This document shows positions 29,752 to 39,879 of a stretch of DNA of 64,000 nt, in pieces; within the stretch, counting starts at the first letter, position 1, and every line of letters starts with the position of its first letter. Source of the stretch: Ignavibacteriota bacterium (GTDB lineage Bacteria; Bacteroidota; Ignavibacteria; UBA10030; UBA6906). Location: NCBI GenBank assembly GCA_963801355.1, contig CAWDEM010000004.1:1280001-1344000 (forward strand), written 5' to 3'. The notes beneath the pieces were generated by a model. It had not been told where the DNA came from and did no database searches. It saw only the letters and a list, made by a program, of their open reading frames with translations. The translations under genes were made by a program, and so were the position numbers.

Positions 29752-30969
29752 ATGCTCAAACACTTCGCCATCTTTTCTATGATCATGATTGCACACGCCT
29801 CGGCCATGAACCGGCCCCCCGTCAGTACGGGTGCCGATCGCCTGGTTTCCCACCATATCAAGATACTGGAGGGTAAGCGGATCGGCATGGTCGTCAACCA
29901 GACCAGCAGGCTGAGTTCCGGAGAGTTCATCCTTGACACCCTGCAGAAGGCGGGCATCACCGTCACGGCCCTGTTCGGACCCGAGCATGGCATTCGCGGT
30001 GCAGCGGCCGCCGGCGAGAATGTGCAGGATGGCGTGGACGCGCAATCCGGCGTGCCGGTTTTTTCGCTGTACGGCGAGCGCAACAAACCCACTCCGGAGA
30101 TGCTCCAGAGTGTCGACCTGCTCGTCTACGATATCCAGGACGTCGGGGCACGGTTCTACACCTACATCAGCACTTTGAAGCTCTGCATGGAGGCCGCCGC
30201 CGAACACCATATCCCGTTTCTGGTCCTGGACAGGCCGAACCCTCTCGGCGCGATGGTGGATGGTCCGTTGCTTGACGATTCACTGCGATCGTTCGTCGGG
30301 ATGGTCCGCATCCCTGTCGTGTACGGAATGACATGCGGCGAACTGGCGCAGTTTATGAATGCATCGGGTTGGCTGGCGGGGGGAGTGAAGGCGGATCTCG
30401 CGGTGATCTGGATGGAGGGATGGAACGGAAGCATGAGCTGGCAGGACACTGGACTTCCATGGATCGCACCTTCGCCGAACATACCAACGGCCGCAACGGC
30501 AGAGGTCTATCCGGCCACCTGCTTTCTCGAGGCGACGAACGTGAGTGAAGGACGGGGGACGACGGCACCATTCTTCCTCCTGGGGGCGCCATTTCTCAAC
30601 GCCGACTCCCTCGCCGCCGAACTGAACGCCCGGCAGCTCCCGGGAGTGAGCTTCATCCCTGCGCAGTTCACGCCGACTTCTTCCAAGCATGCGGGGGCAT
30701 TGTGCTATGGCGTGAGGCTGGAAATGCGCGACCGTCTCCTCTTCCGCCCTGTCCTCACAGGTCTGGTGGTGATTTCAGAGTTGCTCCGTCAATACCCCGA
30801 CACGGTGAAGCTCAATCACCGGTGGCTTGGGAAGCTCCTGGGTAAAGCGTCTGTTGCAGGGTTTCTAGAAAGAGGCGGGAATCCTTCCATCATTGAAGGC
30901 GAATGGGAAGCCGGGAACTCGAGCTACATGAACGCCATAATGGGATACAAACACTATCCGGCACGGTGA
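29752..30969 (+). CDS. Exo-beta-N-acetylmuramidase NamZ-like (DUF1343)
   Basis: FGPEHGIRG, DIQDVGARFYTY, LDRPNP, PSPNIP, SEGRGT. Confidence 0.9.
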   Translation: MLKHFAIFSMIMIAHASAMNRPPVSTGADRLVSHHIKILEGKRIGMVVNQTSRLSSGEFILDTLQKAGITVTALFGPEHGIRGAAAAGENVQDGVDAQSGVPVFSLYGERNKPTPEMLQSVDLLVYDIQDVGARFYTYISTLKLCMEAAAEHHIPFLVLDRPNPLGAMVDGPLLDDSLRSFVGMVRIPVVYGMTCGELAQFMNASGWLAGGVKADLAVIWMEGWNGSMSWQDTGLPWIAPSPNIPTAATAEVYPATCFLEATNVSEGRGTTAPFFLLGAPFLNADSLAAELNARQLPGVSFIPAQFTPTSSKHAGALCYGVRLEMRDRLLFRPVLTGLVVISELLRQYPDTVKLNHRWLGKLLGKASVAGFLERGGNPSIIEGEWEAGNSSYMNAIMGYKHYPAR

Positions 30970-31028
30970 TTTCGTAACTCGGAACTGCCGGAAATTGAGT
31001 ATTTTGCCTCGAATTTCTCCAGTTTTTC

Positions 31029-31057
31029 TTGACTCTTCTGGCAAATTTCGTTAAATT
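31029..31057 (+). promoter_or_regulatory. sigma70 promoter (TTGACT-17-TAAATT)
   Basis: Consensus match upstream of the GAF/GGDEF gene. Confidence 0.6.
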
Positions 31058-31099
31058 TCAACGATATTGTGCTATCTGACCAAAAATCACAGAAACAAC

Positions 31100-33007
31100 A
31101 TGGCGGATAACTACCGGACTCCTTCGGTGATCTGGAGGGAGTGGTGTTGTCTTTTGGCGCTTTTGACCGCCGTCGTTGTTCTGTTACTGCTCGGGGACAT
31201 CACGCCTTCTCCGGAAGCGGCATGTGCCGGTACGGGTTTTCTTGCTTTCCTGCGCCGGAAGTACCGTGGCGTCGCAGGGAGCCAGGAAGACAAAAAAGAG
31301 GAGCACGCCGTGGATCCCGAAAAGTCGGAGTCGCAACAGAACCGGATGCTTTTCGATGATTATCAGCCGGGTGCGCAGGGCTATGTAGTGAAGCACGAGG
31401 ATGAAGAACCGCATATCGTTCCGTCTTCCAAATCTGCAAAGCCGATCATTGATGCCGGCGCCCCGGTCCTCCGCGATACCGAAATTGTGGATTTTTTCGA
31501 TCTTGACACGGACGTATCGGGACGAGAGAGTGAACCCCGTGCGGAATTTCATGGACTGGTGGACAAGGCGCTGATCGTGGTGAAGAATACGCTGTTTGCC
31601 CACAGCGCTGCGTTCTTCTGGAGGAATCCCGACCGTAACCAGATTGTCCTGGAGGGGGTGGCAACAGATAGTGCGGCATTTATGACCACCCGCCGGTTTG
31701 ATATAGGGACCGATCTGCTGAGCACGGTTGCGACCGCCGGAAAACCACAGATCGTGTCCGCTGTCAATCCGGCCGCGGAAACGGAGATGCTCCGGTACTA
31801 TGAATCGGCTGCGGGAGTGCGATCCGCAGTGGCAGTGCCGGTCTTCTACAGAAGCAGCGCCCAGGATATCGATACGGTGGGAGTGCTGGTTGCGGACAGC
31901 ACGGCGGAAGATGCCTTCGGGCAGGAGACCGTCGATCTCCTCGGACGGTTCACGAAGCTCATCTCCGGGCTTATCAAGAGCTACACTGACAAGTACGATC
32001 TCCTGCTTGATGCCGAACTGCTGGCTTCAATCCGGCGTCTGCAGGATGGTGTGAAGGCGGACCAATCTGAGCACGCGGTCATGGCCGCCCTTGTGGAGGA
32101 GGTCGGCCGTCTCGTCAATCCTGAGGTACTGACGGTGACCATGTACAACGATGACGTGCGTGGCTGGACGGTGCAGAAGGTCATCAATCCATCCGGGCAC
32201 CCCGCGGTGCTGCCGTCGCAGCTCGTAGACGTTGCGCACAGTGTCGTCGGTGAAGTGATTACGAGCAACAGGGTGGAGGTCATACCGGACCTCGCCGGTG
32301 AGGAGCGACCACGCTACCATGTGGGGGAGAGTCTCCCCAGGGAAGGGGCATTCATCTGCGTGCCAATCAGCTCCTACAATCGCTGTTACGGTGCGGTTGC
32401 AGTCGAAGGCAGGAAACACGCGGGCTTCACGGGACAGGAGGTGGAAATGCTCTACCGCCTGGTGGAGAATGCCGCCGCCGTACTTGAAGTCGGGTTCATG
32501 AACGACGTCGTCAAAGAGTATCTATCGATCGACCACTTGACGGGACTGATGACGAAGAAGTTCTTCTTGCGCCGTGTTGAGGAGGAAGTGCTGCGGGCCG
32601 AGGATATGAACGGTGAACTTGCGTATGTGACCCTGACCGTGGACGGTATCGACGACCATGTGCGGCGTTACGGACGCGAGGTTACCGATGTCATCTTCCG
32701 CGAAGTGACGTCGCTGGTCAAGGCACAGCTGCGTGCATACGATACAGTCGGGTCCGTCGACCTGAACACGCTGGGTGTCATCCTTGCGAACATGACCGCA
32801 AGCAACGCGTACCTCTGGGCTGAGAAAGCCCGAAAGAACATAGCGAGCCACGTCATCTCTTACGGGAGCAAGACGTTTTCCGTCACCGTCAGCATGGGTG
32901 TGTGCGGATTGAGCGAAGGCATGAAATCACGCGAGTTGATGGCCAACGCGAGCCAGGTTCATGCCAAAGTGGCGGCGGTGGCGGGCAACGGCGTTCGAGT
33001 GTATTGA
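31100..33007 (+). CDS. Membrane-anchored 2xGAF + degenerate GGDEF protein
   Basis: N-terminal TM, two GAF-like segments, DHLTGL and SVTVSMGV present but GG(D/E)EF replaced by DLNTL. Confidence 0.8.
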   Translation: MADNYRTPSVIWREWCCLLALLTAVVVLLLLGDITPSPEAACAGTGFLAFLRRKYRGVAGSQEDKKEEHAVDPEKSESQQNRMLFDDYQPGAQGYVVKHEDEEPHIVPSSKSAKPIIDAGAPVLRDTEIVDFFDLDTDVSGRESEPRAEFHGLVDKALIVVKNTLFAHSAAFFWRNPDRNQIVLEGVATDSAAFMTTRRFDIGTDLLSTVATAGKPQIVSAVNPAAETEMLRYYESAAGVRSAVAVPVFYRSSAQDIDTVGVLVADSTAEDAFGQETVDLLGRFTKLISGLIKSYTDKYDLLLDAELLASIRRLQDGVKADQSEHAVMAALVEEVGRLVNPEVLTVTMYNDDVRGWTVQKVINPSGHPAVLPSQLVDVAHSVVGEVITSNRVEVIPDLAGEERPRYHVGESLPREGAFICVPISSYNRCYGAVAVEGRKHAGFTGQEVEMLYRLVENAAAVLEVGFMNDVVKEYLSIDHLTGLMTKKFFLRRVEEEVLRAEDMNGELAYVTLTVDGIDDHVRRYGREVTDVIFREVTSLVKAQLRAYDTVGSVDLNTLGVILANMTASNAYLWAEKARKNIASHVISYGSKTFSVTVSMGVCGLSEGMKSRELMANASQVHAKVAAVAGNGVRVY

Positions 33008-33040
33008 TCAACATTACAGTACGAAAGGAAGCACAGTTCC

Positions 33041-33238
33041 ATGGCAAAACAACAGAGCTTTGCGGACAAGGCAGCCAAAGCGGCAATGATCAAAGGGTCG
33101 AAATGCCATGTCTGCGGCGAGGTTTTTCAGCCTATTCTCATGGTAACGTCGGAAAAGTCCGCCCAAACCGGTTCGTGGAAGTTTAACGAGCGTCGCGTTC
33201 AAGTGTGCAAGTGCAACGAAAAGAAGGTGTACGCCTGA
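33041..33238 (+). CDS. Small basic Zn-ribbon-like protein (DUF4295/bL38-like?)
   Basis: SD GAAAGGA; CHVC...CKC; SEKSAQTGSWKF segment. Confidence 0.7.
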   Translation: MAKQQSFADKAAKAAMIKGSKCHVCGEVFQPILMVTSEKSAQTGSWKFNERRVQVCKCNEKKVYA

Positions 33239-34434
33239 TCGGCGGTAAAGTCGTTCTGGTTGTACTGGACGGGGTGGGGATTGGTGCGCTCCCGGATGCC
33301 GGTCAATACGGTGACGAGGGGAGCAACACGCTGGCACACACCGCCGAGGCGGTCGGAGGTTTGCGGCTACCGGTTCTTGCGGGGCTCGGACTGGGCAACA
33401 TTTCTGCGATTCGTGGCGTCGACGCGGTGGAAAAACCCAAGTCGTTGTACGGCCGCATGGCGCAGAAATCCAGGGGCAAAGACAGTACCACGGGTCACTG
33501 GGAGCTGGCGGGGCTTATCCTCCAGCGCGAGTTCCCTACCTATCCGCATGGGTTTCCCGCGGATCTCATGAGGCGCTTCCTCTCCGTCACCGGTTGCAGG
33601 GGGTATCTGGGCAACACAACGGCTTCGGGTACGGCGATCATTCAGGAACTCGGAGCGGAGCATGTGCATACGGGGTATCCCATCGTGTACACTTCCGCAG
33701 ATTCCGTCTTTCAGATCGCCGCGCACGAAGAGGTCATACCGCTCGAACGGCTCTATCAGATATGCCGGCAGACGCGTGAGGAGGTCTGCACGGGGGAAGA
33801 TGCGGTGGGTCGCGTGATCGCGCGGCCGTTCGTGGAAACCGGCGGGGCATTTAGCCGTACGACAAACAGGAAGGATTTTTCGGTCGATCCGCCGGCAGAC
33901 ACTTTACTCGATCTCCTTGCATCCAACGGGATCGAGACCGTCGGTGTTGGCAAGGTCGATGATTTGTTCGCAAACCGCGGTCTCGTGCGGTCACGGCATA
34001 CGCGGACCAACGCCGAGGGAATGGATGAGCTCATCGTGCGGTCAGGGGAAATGCGGCGCGGACTGATTTTTGCCAACCTGGGGGATTTCGACACGCTGTA
34101 CGGACACCGGAATGACCCGCAGGGTTTTGCCGCCGCACTGCAGTCATTTGATGCCCGGCTTCCGGGCCTTCTTGAAACTGTCGGCACTGGAGATCTGTTG
34201 ATACTGACGGCGGACCACGGCAACGACCCCGTGGCCCGAAGCACCGATCATTCCCGGGAATATGTGCCGTTGCTCTGTGTCGTGGGAGGGCGGGAAGCGG
34301 GGGCAGCTCTTGGTACCCGGTCGACGTTCGCGGATGTGGCAGCCACCATCGCCGGCTATTTCGACCTCCGGAATTCGCTGGCGGGGACCAGTTTCCTGTC
34401 GCAGGTGTCTCAGGAAGCAGCAGTGGCGGAGTAA
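33235..34434 (+). CDS. deoB: Phosphopentomutase
   Basis: VLDGVGIG, GKDSTTGHWE, YTSADSVFQIAAHE, TADHGNDP, TDHSREYVP. Start probably CTG 33235; GTG 33205 is the alternative. Confidence 0.93.
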   Translation: MIGGKVVLVVLDGVGIGALPDAGQYGDEGSNTLAHTAEAVGGLRLPVLAGLGLGNISAIRGVDAVEKPKSLYGRMAQKSRGKDSTTGHWELAGLILQREFPTYPHGFPADLMRRFLSVTGCRGYLGNTTASGTAIIQELGAEHVHTGYPIVYTSADSVFQIAAHEEVIPLERLYQICRQTREEVCTGEDAVGRVIARPFVETGGAFSRTTNRKDFSVDPPADTLLDLLASNGIETVGVGKVDDLFANRGLVRSRHTRTNAEGMDELIVRSGEMRRGLIFANLGDFDTLYGHRNDPQGFAAALQSFDARLPGLLETVGTGDLLILTADHGNDPVARSTDHSREYVPLLCVVGGREAGAALGTRSTFADVAATIAGYFDLRNSLAGTSFLSQVSQEAAVAE

Positions 34435-34475
34435 TGCGGGCGCAAGACGTTGAAGCAACCTGACACGAGGAATGC

Positions 34476-35333
34476 ATGGTGAAAATTACGAAGCAGTATA
34501 CGAATCGAGAGAGCCAGTCCCTCGACAAGTATCTGCAGGAAATCGGCAAGGTTGAGTTACTCAAGTCCGATGAAGAAATTGAGCTGGCGCGACGCATCAA
34601 GAAGGGGGATCAGGGCGCACTGGAGAAACTCACCAAAGCCAATCTCCGGTTCGTGGTGAGTGTCGCGAAGCAGTATCAGAATCAGGGACTCTCGCTCGGC
34701 GATCTCATCAACGAAGGAAATCTCGGTCTGATCAAGGCCGCGAAGCGGTTCGACGAGACCCGGGGATTCAAGTTCATCTCCTATGCGGTGTGGTGGATCC
34801 GGCAGTCCATTCTCCAGGCCCTTGCGGAACAGTCGCGCATCGTCCGTCTGCCGCTCAACCGGGTCGGTGCACTGAATAAGATCGGCAAGGCGTTCAGTTC
34901 TCTCGAGCAGGAATTCGAGCGGGAGCCGAGTGCGAGCGAACTTGCCGAAGAGCTGGATATGTCGCTCTTCGAAGTGTCCGACACCCTGAAGATATCCGGG
35001 CGGCATTTGTCGATGGATGCGCCCTTCGCGCAGGGTGAAGACAACCGGTTGCTGGATGTGATTCAGGACGAGCGTCAGCCGGCGCCGGACAGCGAACTCA
35101 TGAAAGAATCGCTCAGCCGCGAGGTGGAGCGCGCGCTTTCCACGCTCAGCGAGCGGGAGGCTGAAGTGATCCGTCTGTACTTCGGACTTGGCAGGGAGCA
35201 CTCGCTGACGCTGGAGGAGATCGGGGAGAAATTCAAGCTGACCAGGGAGCGTGTGCGGCAAATTAAGGAAAAGGCCATCCGCCGCCTGCGCCATGCTTCC
35301 CGCAGCAAGCAATTGCGTGCCTACCTGGGTTGA
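34476..35333 (+). CDS. rpoD: Primary sigma factor RpoD/SigA (short Bacteroidota/Chlorobiota type, no region 1.1)
   Basis: [45 protein letters not shown]. Confidence 0.92.
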   Translation: MVKITKQYTNRESQSLDKYLQEIGKVELLKSDEEIELARRIKKGDQGALEKLTKANLRFVVSVAKQYQNQGLSLGDLINEGNLGLIKAAKRFDETRGFKFISYAVWWIRQSILQALAEQSRIVRLPLNRVGALNKIGKAFSSLEQEFEREPSASELAEELDMSLFEVSDTLKISGRHLSMDAPFAQGEDNRLLDVIQDERQPAPDSELMKESLSREVERALSTLSEREAEVIRLYFGLGREHSLTLEEIGEKFKLTRERVRQIKEKAIRRLRHASRSKQLRAYLG

Positions 35334-36031
35334 TGCAGGTGCCCATGCCTGGCCCATGGAGTGCGGGACGGCTGCTGTCCGGAGGGGTGCTGGTGCTCTT
35401 GTGCGCCATCGCCCCGGAGTTTCTTGCAGGCTGTGCGGCTTCCAGTCCGCGCTTCAATTCCGATCCGGCGTCCGGCGAACGCGTTGAGGACGAAAATGAG
35501 ATGCGCTTTGCGACACGGATCCGCGAGGAAGAGGAACGCGAAGACGACCGGAAGATCGACGTCGACCGGGTGCGGAAGCAGCTCACATCCAACACCGCAC
35601 CCGTCACCCGGTACTCCAACCGCACGCCCGCGGGGTTGGACCGCGACCGGCTGCTGATCGAGCTCGTGTCTTACCTGGGCGCTCCGTATGAGTATGGCGG
35701 GAACGCCAGGGACGGTATTGATTGTTCTGGTCTTACGATGAAGGTCTATGAAAGCGGGGCGGCACGCAGACTTCCACGATCCGCAAGGGAGCAGTTCACC
35801 GTCGGCTCACCCGTGGCCAAGAAAGACCTGGAATTCGGCGATCTGGTGTTTTTCAATACCACCGGGCGCCGCCCCTCGCACGTAGGCATTTATATCGAGG
35901 ACGACCTGTTCGCCCATGCGAGCGTGAGCAAGGGCGTGACGTTATCGTCTCTGGAGAGCACGTACTACAGGAAGCGGTTTATTGGGGCACGGCGCGTCGT
36001 CCAACGCCCGACCGCCTCGTCGCCCCGGTAA
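35330..36031 (+). CDS. NlpC/P60 (C40) lipoprotein peptidase
   Basis: Lipobox LAGC; GAPYEYGG...GIDCSG, GDLVFF, SHVGIY. Start uncertain. Confidence 0.9.
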   Translation: MMQVPMPGPWSAGRLLSGGVLVLLCAIAPEFLAGCAASSPRFNSDPASGERVEDENEMRFATRIREEEEREDDRKIDVDRVRKQLTSNTAPVTRYSNRTPAGLDRDRLLIELVSYLGAPYEYGGNARDGIDCSGLTMKVYESGAARRLPRSAREQFTVGSPVAKKDLEFGDLVFFNTTGRRPSHVGIYIEDDLFAHASVSKGVTLSSLESTYYRKRFIGARRVVQRPTASSPR

Positions 36032-36063
36032 TCGGTTCGACCTGACAATGTGTGGAGCATATC

Positions 36064-36624
36064 GTGGCACAGTTGCCTATTTATACGTTTAATCATCCCG
36101 TCCTCAGGAAGAAGGCACGGCCTGTTAAACGGCCTTCGTCGGATCTTGCGCAGGCAGCGGACGACATGCTGGAGACGATGCGCAAGGCAAATGGCGTCGG
36201 GCTTGCAGCTAATCAAGTAGGTTTGCTGCAGCGCCTTATCGTGGTCGATATGACCGGCAGCGAGGGCGTGGAGAAGTTCGAGCCTCTGAAGATGTACAAT
36301 CCTGAAGTGGTGGAAGAAGAAGGAAAGTGGTTGATGGAGGAGGGGTGCCTCAGCCTTCCCGCACTTCGTGATGAAGTGCAGCGCGCTGAGCGCATCCGGG
36401 TGAAATTTCGTGACCGGAATTTTGACGAACGGGAAATCGAAGCCGCGGGGCTTCTCAGCCGCGTGATCCTCCATGAAGTAGACCATCTGAACGGGGTACT
36501 CTTTGTCGATCGCCTGAATCTCCTCAAGCGCAAACTCCACCGGGGGCGTCTCAACAAAATCGACCGCGGCGAGCTCGAAGTCGAATATACCGTCGTGCCA
36601 AACCAACCCAAAGTGATCGGATAG
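36064..36624 (+). CDS. def: Peptide deformylase
   Basis: GVGLAANQVG, EGCLSLP, HEVDHLNG. Confidence 0.96.
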   Translation: MAQLPIYTFNHPVLRKKARPVKRPSSDLAQAADDMLETMRKANGVGLAANQVGLLQRLIVVDMTGSEGVEKFEPLKMYNPEVVEEEGKWLMEEGCLSLPALRDEVQRAERIRVKFRDRNFDEREIEAAGLLSRVILHEVDHLNGVLFVDRLNLLKRKLHRGRLNKIDRGELEVEYTVVPNQPKVIG

Positions 36625-36627
36625 ACG

Positions 36628-37554
36628 TTGTTCAGGCTTGTGTTCATGGGGACACCGGACTTTGCAGTCCCGAGTCTGGAGGCTTTGCTTGCGGCTGGAT
36701 ACCCAATTGCCGCCGTCGTGACGGGCGTTGACAAACCGAGGGGGAGGGGACAGCACCTTTCCCCGACGCCTGTGAAGGAAGTCGCCCTCCGCCATGCAAT
36801 TCCGCTGCTCCAACCCGCAAGCGTCAAAGACCCCGGTTTCGCGGCATCATTGCGCGCGCTTGCCCCGGACCTTGCAGTCGTCGTCGCGTACCGTATCCTT
36901 CCACGGGACGTGTTCAGCACTCCCCTCCACGGGACGTTCAATCTCCATGCGTCTTTGCTCCCGCGCTACCGCGGCGCAGCACCTATCAACTGGGCAATCA
37001 TGAACGGGGAGCGGGAAACAGGTGTCTCGACGTTCTTTCTCACGGATGCGGTGGACACGGGAGAATTGCTGCTCACGACAACGCTCCCGGTCGGACCGGA
37101 TGACGATGCCGGCCTCGTTCACGACCGGCTTGCGTCGCTCGGAGCCCGGTTGGTGGTTGAGACTGTGCGGGGAGTTGAGGCGGGAACGATCATCCCGCGG
37201 CCGCAGGATGCCGCACTCGCATCTCCGGCTCCGAAGATCTTCCGGGAGCAGTGCCGCATAACCTGGAATGCACCCGCAGAGCGGATCCACAATTTCATCC
37301 GCGGACTCTCCCCCCAACCGGCGGCCTGGACCATGCACCGGGGACGGCTGCTGAAACTCTACAGGACACGTGTGATGTCAGGTAAGCCCGACGACCCGCC
37401 GGGGACCGTGCGCGTGAGCGGAGAAATGATTTATGCCGCCTCAGGCGATGGAAATCTGGAGATTCTGGAACTGCAGCAGGAAGGACACCGCAGGATGCCG
37501 GCAACCGACTTTCTCCGGGGATATACCGTGGCCAGCGGGGACCTTTTCGAGTAG
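36628..37554 (+). CDS. fmt: Methionyl-tRNA formyltransferase
   Basis: FMGTPDFAVPSL, NLHASLLPRYRGAAPI. Confidence 0.96.
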   Translation: MFRLVFMGTPDFAVPSLEALLAAGYPIAAVVTGVDKPRGRGQHLSPTPVKEVALRHAIPLLQPASVKDPGFAASLRALAPDLAVVVAYRILPRDVFSTPLHGTFNLHASLLPRYRGAAPINWAIMNGERETGVSTFFLTDAVDTGELLLTTTLPVGPDDDAGLVHDRLASLGARLVVETVRGVEAGTIIPRPQDAALASPAPKIFREQCRITWNAPAERIHNFIRGLSPQPAAWTMHRGRLLKLYRTRVMSGKPDDPPGTVRVSGEMIYAASGDGNLEILELQQEGHRRMPATDFLRGYTVASGDLFE

Positions 37555-37610
37555 CCCCCGTTGCCTTAGTCACCCCGCTGTCTTTCCACATTGTCTTTCA
37601 CACTGTTTTC

Positions 37611-37659
37611 CACCCTGACTTCACCCTGACTTCGGCCTGACTTCACCCTGACTTCGGCC
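37611..37659. repeat. 11-bp tandem repeat (CACCCTGACTT/CGGCCTGACTT, ~4.5 copies)
   Basis: Seen directly in the fmt-parA intergenic region. Confidence 0.85.
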
Positions 37660-37731
37660 CGCCGTTCTTTGTTTTCCCATCGGAAAGCATTATCTTTATT
37701 TACTCTTCATGTTTCACGGGGTTCCACGCCT

Positions 37732-38535
37732 TTGGGCAAAATCATTACGATTGCAAATCAGAAGGGGGGGGTGGGGAAAACCACCACGGCGGTCAACCTT
37801 GCCGCATGTATCGCTGCGGCGGAGCGAACGACGCTCCTGGTGGATACAGACCCTCAGGCTAATGCAACCAGTGGCCTGGGCCTGCCTTCGTCGACGGAAG
37901 GCCTCAGCACATACGAGTTGCTGGTCGGCGGACGCACGGCAGAAGAGATTGTGCAGCCGACGCAGATGCCGCATCTTTCCGTCCTTCCCGCACACATCAA
38001 CCTGGTCGGGGCGGAGGTGGAACTGGTGGATATTGAACATCGCGAACGGCGGCTGCAGATGGGCCTGCAATCCATCAGGGACCGTTTCGAGTTCATCTTC
38101 GTGGATTGCCCGCCGTCCCTCGGTCTCCTGACATTGAATGCCCTCACTGCTGCCGATTCGGTTCTCATCCCCGTCCAGTGCGAATACTATGCCCTGGAAG
38201 GACTGGGTCAGTTGCTGAACACCATCAACATGGTGAAGAAGCACCTGAACCCGCGGCTGGATATCGAAGGCGTCCTGATGACAATGTATGACAGCCGCCT
38301 GCGTCTCTCAAATCAGATTGTTGAAGAAGTCCGGAAGTATTTCGGCGAGAGAGTGTTCAAGACTGTTGTCTCGCGCAATGTGCGGCTGAGTGAGGCGCCG
38401 AGTTTCGGAAAACCCATCATTCTGTATGATGCGGTCTCTTCCGGGACGCGGCACTATATGGATCTTGCCGGAGAATTCCTCTCACGCAATAACCACTCCC
38501 TTGCGCCGGGAGCGGGCGCCGGCCGGATGGGATAA
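37732..38535 (+). CDS. parA: Chromosome partitioning ATPase ParA/Soj
   Basis: ANQKGGVGKTTT, DPQANATSG, DCPPSLG, RNVRLSEAPSFG; TTG start inferred. Confidence 0.95.
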   Translation: MGKIITIANQKGGVGKTTTAVNLAACIAAAERTTLLVDTDPQANATSGLGLPSSTEGLSTYELLVGGRTAEEIVQPTQMPHLSVLPAHINLVGAEVELVDIEHRERRLQMGLQSIRDRFEFIFVDCPPSLGLLTLNALTAADSVLIPVQCEYYALEGLGQLLNTINMVKKHLNPRLDIEGVLMTMYDSRLRLSNQIVEEVRKYFGERVFKTVVSRNVRLSEAPSFGKPIILYDAVSSGTRHYMDLAGEFLSRNNHSLAPGAGAGRMG

Positions 38536-38547
38536 GGACTCTTGAGC

Positions 38548-39453
38548 ATGTCGAAGAACAAGCTTGCCCTGGGCCGTGGTCTTGCCTCGTTGATTCGAAG
38601 CCCCGAGGCGGAGTCCCCGGAACCCGGAGAACGGTCGACGGACGATGGCTTCACTGATCAGACGATCATCCACATCGCGCTCGACAGGATCCAGCACAAT
38701 CCCTACCAGCCCCGTGCGGACTTTGATCCTGCTGCGCTTGATGAGCTGAAGCGCTCGATCCAGGAGAAAGGCATCATCCAGCCCATAACGGTCCGCAGGA
38801 TCGAAGGCGGCTATCAGCTCATTTCCGGCGAGCGGCGTGTCCGTGCTTCCCGGAGCGCGGGCCTGCGCAGGATCCCTGCGTATGTGATCCGCGTCAACTC
38901 CGACGAAGAGATGCTTGAGCTGGCACTCGTGGAGAACCTCCAGCGCGAGCATCTCAACCCCATCGAAATTGCGATCTCCTACCGGCGTCTCATCGACGAA
39001 TGCAGCTTCACGCAGGAGGAAGTCTCCCAGCGTATCGGCAAGGACCGTTCGACCGTCACGAATACACTTCGCCTTCTCAAACTGCCCGAACCCGTTCAGA
39101 ACGCCGTGCGCACCGGTGAGCTGACGGGTGGTCATGCACGCGCCATCGCGGGTCTGGAGGATGCCGCTTCGCAGCTCGCGTTCTTCAAGAAGGTTGTCGC
39201 CAGAGGTCTCTCCGTGCGTGAACTCGAGCGGCTGATCCGTGAGCGCGGAACAAAGACCGCGAAAAGGAAGGGCAAGTCCGTTAGCGGATCATCCGGAACC
39301 ATCTCCGCGGTCGAAGACCGGCTCCGCAGGCTTCTGTCGACGCGCGTGCATGTGCGACAGCAGCAGGGGGGCAGGGGTGAAATTGTGCTGGAATTCTACT
39401 CGGCTGAAGATCTGGAACGCCTTCTGGAATTATTTGAGAAGGTCCAGGAGTAA
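38548..39453 (+). CDS. parB: Chromosome partitioning protein ParB/Spo0J
   Basis: ALGRGL, NPYQPR, GERRVRA, ENLQRE, HTH GKDRSTVTNTLRLL. Confidence 0.95.
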   Translation: MSKNKLALGRGLASLIRSPEAESPEPGERSTDDGFTDQTIIHIALDRIQHNPYQPRADFDPAALDELKRSIQEKGIIQPITVRRIEGGYQLISGERRVRASRSAGLRRIPAYVIRVNSDEEMLELALVENLQREHLNPIEIAISYRRLIDECSFTQEEVSQRIGKDRSTVTNTLRLLKLPEPVQNAVRTGELTGGHARAIAGLEDAASQLAFFKKVVARGLSVRELERLIRERGTKTAKRKGKSVSGSSGTISAVEDRLRRLLSTRVHVRQQQGGRGEIVLEFYSAEDLERLLELFEKVQE

Positions 39454-39483
39454 CACATTGTGAACACAGACAAGCGGGAGAAT

Positions 39484-39873
39484 ATGGGACACGCGATCAT
39501 TACCACAAAGAATGCGCCCGGCGCCATCGGTCCGTACAATCAGGGAGTCAAGGCATCGGGCGGTTTTGTTTTCACGGCCGGTCAGATCGGCCTCGTGCCT
39601 GCGACGGGAGAGATTATCGGTGCGGACATTGAATCGCAGACCAGACAGGTACTGGAGAATCTCAGAGCCATTCTGGAGGCGGCCGGATCGGGTCTGCCGC
39701 ACGTCGTCAAAACCACAGTATACCTCACAGATATGGGCGATTTTGCGGCGATGAATGCCGTGTACGCCACCTGCTTCACGAATGCCGCCCCGGCCAGAAC
39801 AACGGTCGAGGTCTCACGGCTCCCGCGTGATGCCCGCGTGGAGATCGATGCCATAGCGGCCGTTACAGGATAG
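39484..39873 (+). CDS. RidA-family imine deaminase
   Basis: [28 protein letters not shown]. Confidence 0.92.
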   Translation: MGHAIITTKNAPGAIGPYNQGVKASGGFVFTAGQIGLVPATGEIIGADIESQTRQVLENLRAILEAAGSGLPHVVKTTVYLTDMGDFAAMNAVYATCFTNAAPARTTVEVSRLPRDARVEIDAIAAVTG

Positions 39874-39879
39874 GTCTCC

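Noticed and set aside
37579-37613. DnaA-box cluster / oriC next to parAB
   Set aside because: Only imperfect matches (CTTTCCACA), no clear AT-rich unwinding element, and no dnaA in the window.
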